DNA of 64,000 nucleotides from an uncultured Ruegeria sp. (GTDB lineage Bacteria; Pseudomonadota; Alphaproteobacteria; Rhodobacterales; Rhodobacteraceae): NCBI RefSeq assembly GCF_947500045.1, contig NZ_CANMQQ010000004.1, positions 243,128 to 307,127 of the forward strand, read 5' to 3'. Shown piece by piece: positions 58,202 to 64,000 of this stretch (position 1 is its first letter; each line of letters starts with the position of its first letter). The notes under the pieces were generated by a model. It saw only the letters and a program-made list of their open reading frames with translations, ran no database searches and was not told where the DNA came from. The position numbers and the translations under genes were made by a program.

Positions 58202-58696
58202 ATGTGGGGCAAAAGGTTTTTTGATGTTCCAGTCTATCGCTTAGCGAGAGATAGGTATCAGCACCAACTGAGCTCCAAAATTGACCGCGATATGGAGATC
58301 TTTGCTGGATCAGACATTCCCGAAGACATCCTTTCGCGAAACCGCAAAATGCGAGTCGAACATCAACGGCTGAAGTACGGAACGTGGGATTTCAACGAAA
58401 TCGTCGGCTACATCCGACTTTATTTTCGCGGATCTCAAGTTCTAGGCGAGTATTTTAGCGCGGAAAAGAAACGTACGGTTCTAACCAGACGCAAGGTCTT
58501 CCTGTACGAGACCTACAAACTCGCTACTGAAGGCAGTATCCCTGCGAACGCTACGAACGAAGAAATCTTCAACTGCATCATAGAGTACACCCAGCGCTGC
58601 GAAAAAGAGCTTACAAGAGGCAGATTTGTTGAGACAGCTTTCTTGGAGCAGCTTGGACCTCACGTCGATTGGGACGCATTGCGAAGAGAAGATTGA
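58202..58696 (+). CDS. Hypothetical protein (164 aa) with no recognisable motif, in an A/T-richer insert
   Basis: Clean ORF with an AAGGA RBS. Composition is visibly different from the flanking ubiG and MarR genes. Confidence 0.6.
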   Translation: MWGKRFFDVPVYRLARDRYQHQLSSKIDRDMEIFAGSDIPEDILSRNRKMRVEHQRLKYGTWDFNEIVGYIRLYFRGSQVLGEYFSAEKKRTVLTRRKVFLYETYKLATEGSIPANATNEEIFNCIIEYTQRCEKELTRGRFVETAFLEQLGPHVDWDALRRED

Positions 58697-58729
58697 ACTT
58701 GTTCGCAACTCTAATGTGAGTCGGGACCC

Positions 58730-59170
58730 CTACTCGCCCTCCAACTGCAACCGCAAATCCCTCAACACCGGCAACGTACTGCGGACCCGCTCCAGCCCCA
58801 GTTCTCCGACCACGCGGTTGATCAGCGGGGCAATCGAGGAAATCGCCTGATCCCGCGCGCGGCGTCCGGCGGGGCTGATCGCAACCATCTTGCGGCGGGC
58901 GTCGTCCCAGTCGGGGCGGATGTGGATGTATCCGGCCCATTCCAGCTTGGCCAATGTGTTGGTCATTGCGCCTCGGGTCACGTGGAACGTGTTGGCCAGT
59001 TGCGCCGGGCTGCGCTCATCCCCGACAAAAACCAGATGATTTAGCACCGAGAAATGCGAGATTTCCATGCCCTTGGGCAGCACCCGGCTTAGCCGGTTGC
59101 GCAATAGCTGGTCCGCGGTCAGGATTTCGCTGAACAGCGTGACCGCCAGGGCATTTTTCTCGTCAGTCAT
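58730..59170 (-). CDS. MarR family transcriptional regulator
   Basis: Winged-helix region ISHFSVLNHLVFVGDERSPAQLANTFHVTRGAMTNTLAKLE. Confidence 0.87.
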   Translation of the reverse strand: MTDEKNALAVTLFSEILTADQLLRNRLSRVLPKGMEISHFSVLNHLVFVGDERSPAQLANTFHVTRGAMTNTLAKLEWAGYIHIRPDWDDARRKMVAISPAGRRARDQAISSIAPLINRVVGELGLERVRSTLPVLRDLRLQLEGE

Positions 59171-59184
59171 GGTCCGGTTCTGGA

Positions 59185-60018
59185 TCAGGGTCCGTCGAAG
59201 CGACGGATATGTGTCAACGAGGGCACCTTGTGGCGCGCCTCGGACACAGAACTATCATGCATCTCGAAAATGTGAATGCCTGGATCGGTGCCTGCGTCGA
59301 TCAGCACCTCTCCCCACGGGGCCACAACCATGCTGTGACCATAAGTATAACGCGTTCTACCGAGCGTCTTGGGGTGTTCTCCGGTCTGCGCCGGGGCAAT
59401 CACCCAGCAGCCGTTTTCAATGGCCCGGGCGCGCAGCAGCGATTCCCAATGTGCCGCACCTGTAACCGGTGAAAACGCGGCAGGAACGGTCAAAATCCGC
59501 GCCCCAGCCTGCGCCAGCGCGGTATAGAGATGCGGGAAACGGATATCATAGCAGATCGACAGGCCGACCTTGCCGAAGTCGGTCTCGGCAATCACGGCTT
59601 TCTCACCGGAGCGATAGTTCTTTGATTCGCGGAACGTTTCCGTTTCAGTGACCTGCACGTCGAACATGTGTATCTTGTCGTACCGCGCCACGATCTGACC
59701 CTTTGGGTCGATCATGAATGAGCGGTTGGCAAAACGGCCATCGGTGTTATGAGTCTTGATCGCCAGTGATCCAATCAGCAGCCAGACACCCAGTGCAGCG
59801 GCCTGCGCGCGCAAGCCAGCCAGGGTTATGTCATCTTCTTCATGTTTCAAAACTTCGCGTTGCCGCGTGGTGCTGGTCGAGACACAGTTCGTCACCTCGG
59901 GCGTCAGGATAAAGCGCGCACCATCAGCAGCAGCTTCGGCCATCATCGCACGCACCATGTCCAGATTTTCGGTCGGATCATCCGACGCGGTGATCTGCAG
60001 CAGCGCGGTTTTCATCAC
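59185..60018 (-). CDS. Carbon-nitrogen hydrolase (nitrilase superfamily, omega-amidase-like)
   Basis: Glu-Lys-Cys triad contexts (LTPEV, YDKIHMF, GLSICYDIRFP). Confidence 0.88.
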   Translation of the reverse strand: MMKTALLQITASDDPTENLDMVRAMMAEAAADGARFILTPEVTNCVSTSTTRQREVLKHEEDDITLAGLRAQAAALGVWLLIGSLAIKTHNTDGRFANRSFMIDPKGQIVARYDKIHMFDVQVTETETFRESKNYRSGEKAVIAETDFGKVGLSICYDIRFPHLYTALAQAGARILTVPAAFSPVTGAAHWESLLRARAIENGCWVIAPAQTGEHPKTLGRTRYTYGHSMVVAPWGEVLIDAGTDPGIHIFEMHDSSVSEARHKVPSLTHIRRFDGP

Positions 60019-60272
60019 GCCGCGAGCAGGCGATCCAGCTTGCCCTGACGCTCAAGCTCGTACAGTTCGTCACAGCCGCCCACATGGGTCTGACCGATGA
60101 AGATCTGTGGCACTGTGCGTTTGCCGCCCGCCCGCTGGATCATCTCGGGTTTGCGTTTGGGGTGCACCAGAACATCAACTTCTGAAAACTTGACGCCTTT
60201 TTGTTTCAGCAACCGCTTCGCCGCGTGACAAAACCCACAGAGCGGCGAGGTATAGATTTCAACCGATTTCAT
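60015..60272 (-). CDS. grxC: Glutaredoxin 3
   Basis: VEIYTSPLCGFCHAAKRLL and TVPQIFIGQTHVGGCDEL. Start set at ATG 60272. Confidence 0.9.
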   Translation of the reverse strand: MKSVEIYTSPLCGFCHAAKRLLKQKGVKFSEVDVLVHPKRKPEMIQRAGGKRTVPQIFIGQTHVGGCDELYELERQGKLDRLLAA

Positions 60273-60309
60273 TCTTCGTCCTTTTGGAATTCGCGCAATC
60301 TTCCGCGAA

Positions 60310-61074
60310 TTAGGCATCCTTGGCAACGCGCGCCAGTACCAACACGGAAATATGATTTGCCCCTGACGCGCGACAGACACGCGCGCAAGCCTCAAGCGTC
60401 GCGCCCGAGGTCATGACATCATCCACAAGTAGAATGTCGCGCCCCTGCATCAGGTGCACATGTTTTCGATGCGTTGTTATGGCACCGGCAAGCGCAGCGG
60501 AACGCTCAACCGCTGTTTTTCCGTCCAGAACAGGGGTTCGCACCGTGCGCCTCAAAAGATCCGGGCATACGGGCAAACCCGTTTCCCGGCCCAAATGATA
60601 CGCCAGCAATGCCGACTGGTTATAGCGCCGCCGGATCAGCCGGGACCAATGCAGGGGAACCGGCGCGATCAACATGTTCGGGCGTAAAATCTCTGAACCG
60701 GCTTGGGCCATCCAGCGCGCGGCGGGGCGCGCCAGTTCCGGCCGATCCCCATGTTTCAACGCAAGTATCAGCGCTTTGGCACCCCCCTTATAGCGCAGTG
60801 CAGCCCGACCATCATGCCACGCGCGCGGGATTCTCAGGCAATCATCACATTCGATCCGGTACCCGTCCTGCGCACCGGGAACCGGCATGCCGCAGCTTTC
60901 GCAAACTGTGCCGCCGATAAACGGTGTATCGCGCCAGCACGGGCCACACAGGCCAAAGTCTGATTCGGTCAGTGCACCGCAGGAAAGACAGCGGGGGGGA
61001 TAGATCATCTCGACAGCGGTTTGAATCCCCTGACGAATGCGATACTTGCGGCTTATGAAACTGCCGTCCGCCAC
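60310..61074 (-). CDS. comF: ComF family protein (phosphoribosyltransferase domain)
   Basis: N-terminal Cys clusters (CLSCG...CGPCW...CESCG) and the C-terminal PRT motif ILLVDDVMTSGATL. The start may instead be at 61008. Confidence 0.8.
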   Translation of the reverse strand: MADGSFISRKYRIRQGIQTAVEMIYPPRCLSCGALTESDFGLCGPCWRDTPFIGGTVCESCGMPVPGAQDGYRIECDDCLRIPRAWHDGRAALRYKGGAKALILALKHGDRPELARPAARWMAQAGSEILRPNMLIAPVPLHWSRLIRRRYNQSALLAYHLGRETGLPVCPDLLRRTVRTPVLDGKTAVERSAALAGAITTHRKHVHLMQGRDILLVDDVMTSGATLEACARVCRASGANHISVLVLARVAKDA

Positions 61075-61885
61075 TGCACCCTCTCTGTTTGACCGCGCTG
61101 TGATCGCACTTCACCGCAATCGCGTGCGGGACGACGCGCTTTTCCTGCACCGCGCCGCGGTTGACGAAGTGCAGGATCGTCTGTCCATGGTTAACAAATC
61201 ATTTAAGGCACCCGCCGTCGTGACCCCGTTCCCTCACATATGGGAGGGTTTATGGCCCGAGGTCCGGATCATCAGGGATGATGAGGTCCTGAATCTGACA
61301 CCAGGCGCGCATGACCTGGTTATCCATGCGATGGCGCTGCATTGGGCCAACGATCCGGTTGGCCAGTTGATCCAATGTCACCGTGCCCTGAAACCCGATG
61401 GCTTGCTGCTGAGCGTTTGTCTTGGGGGGGACACCCTACAGGAATTGCGCGCGGCATTGGGTCAGGCCGAGATCGAAGTTTCGGGCGGGCTCAGCCCACG
61501 TGTTGCACCGATGGCCGAACTCCGTGATTTGGGTGGGCTGTTGCAAAGGGCCGGGCTCGCCCTGCCTGTTGCCGACAAGGCAACACTGACCGCCGAATAC
61601 CGCGACCTGACACATCTGGTACATGATTTGCGTGCGATGGGGGAAACCAACGCGCTGACCAACCGCCTGAAACAACCGACCCGCCGCGCGGTCTTCGACA
61701 AGGCACAAGATATCTACGCCACACATTTCAAAACACCCCACGGCCACCTGACTGCAACATTTGAGCTGATCTGCCTGACAGGATGGGCCCCCGATGACAG
61801 CCAACCCAAACCTTTGCGTCCGGGGTCGGCTCAAATGCGCCTTGCCGAAGCGCTGGGCACGGATGAGGGCAAACTGCCCGATTGA
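61037..61885 (+). CDS. SAM-dependent methyltransferase domain protein
   Basis: Methyltransf_11-like core (LVIHAMALHWANDPVGQLIQCHRALKPDGLLL). An alternative ATG lies at 61055. Confidence 0.7.
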   Translation: MRYLRLMKLPSATAPSLFDRAVIALHRNRVRDDALFLHRAAVDEVQDRLSMVNKSFKAPAVVTPFPHIWEGLWPEVRIIRDDEVLNLTPGAHDLVIHAMALHWANDPVGQLIQCHRALKPDGLLLSVCLGGDTLQELRAALGQAEIEVSGGLSPRVAPMAELRDLGGLLQRAGLALPVADKATLTAEYRDLTHLVHDLRAMGETNALTNRLKQPTRRAVFDKAQDIYATHFKTPHGHLTATFELICLTGWAPDDSQPKPLRPGSAQMRLAEALGTDEGKLPD

Positions 61886-61940
61886 CGACCCGTCTTTTCC
61901 CTTTATCTCAGGCCAGACACCATAACTGAGGAAGCTTTAC

Positions 61941-62990
61941 ATGTTTGATGCCACGCGTCCCGCCCATGCACCCGCAGACCATCCCAAGGTCAAAACGGGC
62001 CGTGTCGGTATCCTGCTGGCCAATCTTGGGACACCGGACAGCTATACCTATTGGCCCATGCGGCGCTATCTGAATGAGTTCCTGTCAGACAAGCGGGTGA
62101 TCGACTATCCGGCATGGAAGTGGCAGCCGATTCTGCAGGGAATCATTCTGACCAAACGCCCCTTCAGTTCGGGCGAGGCGTATAAATCGATCTGGAATCA
62201 CGACAAGGGTGAAAGCCCCCTGATGACGATCACCAAGGATCAAACCGCAAAGTTGCGCGCAGCCTTGCAGGATCGGTATGGCGATCAAGTGATGGTCGAT
62301 TTCTGCATGCGCTATGGCAACCCGTCGACCCCGTCGAAAGTGCGCGAAATGGTGGCAGAGGGCTGCGACCGGATCTTGTTTTTCCCGCTCTACCCGCAAT
62401 ATGCCGGGGCCACGACCGCCACGGCGAACGATCAATTTTTTCGTGCTTTGATGAAAGAAACCTGGCAACCATCCAGCCGTACAGTACCTGCCTATTTCGA
62501 CGAACCCGCTTATATCGACGCGTTAGCAAGTTCGGTCGAGCGTGCTTATGCGGCGATGGAAACAAAGCCGGATGTCCTTGTCTGCTCGTATCACGGAATG
62601 CCGGAACGCTATCTGCAGCAGGGTGACCCCTATCATTGCCAGTGCGTCAAGACCTCAAGACTTCTGAAAGAGCGTTTGGGTTGGTCGGATGATCAGCTCG
62701 TATCGACTTTTCAATCGCGTTTTGGACCGGAAGAGTGGTTGAAACCGTATACCGTCGATCATGTGGCTGAGCTGGCGCGCGAAGGCAAAAAGAACATCGC
62801 AGTGATCGCGCCTGCGTTCTCGGCCGATTGCATCGAAACTTTGGAAGAGATCAACGAAGAGATTAAGGAAAGTTTCGAAGAGGCGGGCGGAGAATCGTTC
62901 ACCTATATCCCATGCCTCAACGATGAAGAGTCGCATATTTCGGCACTGAGTAAGGTGATTGAAGACAATCTGCGCGGCTGGCTGGACTGA
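61941..62990 (+). CDS. hemH: Ferrochelatase
   Basis: GILLANLGTPD, FFPLYPQYAGATT, YHGMP and FSADCIETLEEI motifs. Confidence 0.93.
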   Translation: MFDATRPAHAPADHPKVKTGRVGILLANLGTPDSYTYWPMRRYLNEFLSDKRVIDYPAWKWQPILQGIILTKRPFSSGEAYKSIWNHDKGESPLMTITKDQTAKLRAALQDRYGDQVMVDFCMRYGNPSTPSKVREMVAEGCDRILFFPLYPQYAGATTATANDQFFRALMKETWQPSSRTVPAYFDEPAYIDALASSVERAYAAMETKPDVLVCSYHGMPERYLQQGDPYHCQCVKTSRLLKERLGWSDDQLVSTFQSRFGPEEWLKPYTVDHVAELAREGKKNIAVIAPAFSADCIETLEEINEEIKESFEEAGGESFTYIPCLNDEESHISALSKVIEDNLRGWLD

Positions 62991-63010
62991 TCCTGCAGGG
63001 CAACAAGCAT

Positions 63011-63045
63011 AAAAAAAGGCGGTGGCTTGCACCACCGCCTTCTTA
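63011..63045. terminator. Bidirectional terminator after hemH
   Basis: A7 run, stem GGCGGTGG (63018-25) / CCACCGCC (63032-39), then TTCTT. Confidence 0.8.
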
Positions 63046-63067
63046 AATTGACTAAAGTCTCGTCGAC

Positions 63068-63250
63068 TTAGCTTGCTGCAACAGCGGCGGCAACAACAAC
63101 CAGCAGGATCAGCGGCAGGATGATACCCTGCGACGAACCTTGGGTTTCTTCGACAACAACAGGTGCTTCAACAACCGGCTCTTCCAGGTTGCCTGCATAT
63201 GCGGTCGAAGCAGCAGCAGTCAGTGCAGCAGCGAGAACGAGTTTCTTCAT
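63068..63250 (-). CDS. Small (60 aa) exported protein with a C-terminal hydrophobic anchor
   Basis: MKKLVLAAALTAAASTAYA signal, a Glu/Pro/Val linker, the tail IILPLILLVVVAAAVAA, and a GGAGG RBS. Confidence 0.6.
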   Translation of the reverse strand: MKKLVLAAALTAAASTAYAGNLEEPVVEAPVVVEETQGSSQGIILPLILLVVVAAAVAAS

Positions 63251-63389
63251 ATTAACCTCCAGAATTTGCGCGATTCCCAATAGCGAAACCGCACATCTAA
63301 GACTTACCTCGTGAGTTTTTCTAATCAGCTATCCCAATGGATTGCAATTGCAACTTGCTCCACAAGCGGGTTCGTGCGCGAAAATGTCG

Positions 63390-63989
63390 TCAAATTAGCA
63401 ACACTTGCGTGCCCACATTGGCCATCGAGAACAGCTCGGCGATGTCTTCGTTGAACAAGCCGATGCAGCCATTCGAAGACCGGCGACCGATTTTGCGCGT
63501 ATCGTGCGTACCGTGGATGCGATAATACTTCCAGCTCAGATATAAAGCGTGTGTTCCCAAGGGGTTATCAGGGCCGGGCGGAATATAGTCCGGCCATTCG
63601 GGATTGCGCTTTTTCATCGAGGGTGTCGGCGACCAACTTGGACCTTCCACTTTACGGATGACACTGGTGCGCCCGCGGCGGGTCAATTCCTCGGTCAATG
63701 GCACGGACGAGGGGTAAAGTTTGTACACCGATTGATCATCTGACCAATAATGCAGCGCCCGTGACACGGTATCGACCAGAATGGCCCCGTTTCTGGTGTT
63801 CGAGAAATAGGGCTGCCAATCCAGCGCCCTGAAACCGGACACATTGCGACGCACGTCTGGTTCGGGCTCGGGCGCGGGGCGCAGCGGATCACCGGGTGTA
63901 TACTGGGCAAGCGCAGGCGAGGCCAAGCTGGCGGTGGCACCCGCCAGGAACCCACGGCGCGTCGGGGATAAAATAGGTTTCTTGACCAT
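63390..63989 (-). CDS. L,D-transpeptidase (YkuD domain) with a Tat signal
   Basis: RRGFLAGATASLASPALA signal and the catalytic motif HGTHDTRKIGRRSSNGCIGL. Confidence 0.87.
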   Translation of the reverse strand: MVKKPILSPTRRGFLAGATASLASPALAQYTPGDPLRPAPEPEPDVRRNVSGFRALDWQPYFSNTRNGAILVDTVSRALHYWSDDQSVYKLYPSSVPLTEELTRRGRTSVIRKVEGPSWSPTPSMKKRNPEWPDYIPPGPDNPLGTHALYLSWKYYRIHGTHDTRKIGRRSSNGCIGLFNEDIAELFSMANVGTQVLLI

Positions 63990-64000
63990 GCGGGGCGGTC

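Overview
This is a high-GC (about 60% in sampled rows) alphaproteobacterial chromosome segment that looks Rhodobacteraceae-like. It is built around the replication and housekeeping backbone. That backbone includes rpsT-dnaA-dnaN-recF-(TetR/AhpD-like pair)-gyrB on the minus strand, plus mutM, ubiE-ubiB, a thiolase, kbl-tdh, kynA-kynB, rimP-nusA-ylxR-infB, pip, ubiG, grxC, comF, hemH and accA. Two visibly A/T-richer accessory regions interrupt it.

(1) An 8.8-kb genomic island sits in the 3' end of tRNA-Ala(GGC), bounded by an exact 23-bp direct repeat at 7611-7633 and 16427-16449. It carries:
- a long tyrosine integrase and a DUF2971-like gene;
- a small serine recombinase with a res-like site;
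- a roughly 700-bp non-coding, extremely AT-rich block full of short phased motifs;
- an operon encoding a membrane-anchored SNase-like nuclease, a T5orf172/GIY-YIG protein and possibly a small coupled ORF;
- a copC-copD-cytochrome c copper module.

(2) A roughly 10-kb mobility-gene-free variable block (about 21.1-31.2 kb) lies between an OYE/TetR pair and gyrB. Its most striking gene encodes an 842-aa protein with 15 perfectly phased 22-residue leucine-rich repeats, a TIR domain that retains the catalytic-Glu context, a helical region and a C-terminal transmembrane anchor.

I rank the LRR-TIR protein and the island nuclease module with its adjacent AT-rich repeat block as the best candidates for an undescribed (defence-like) system. 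All functional calls rest on motif recognition by eye. No database search, GC calculation or structure prediction was run.
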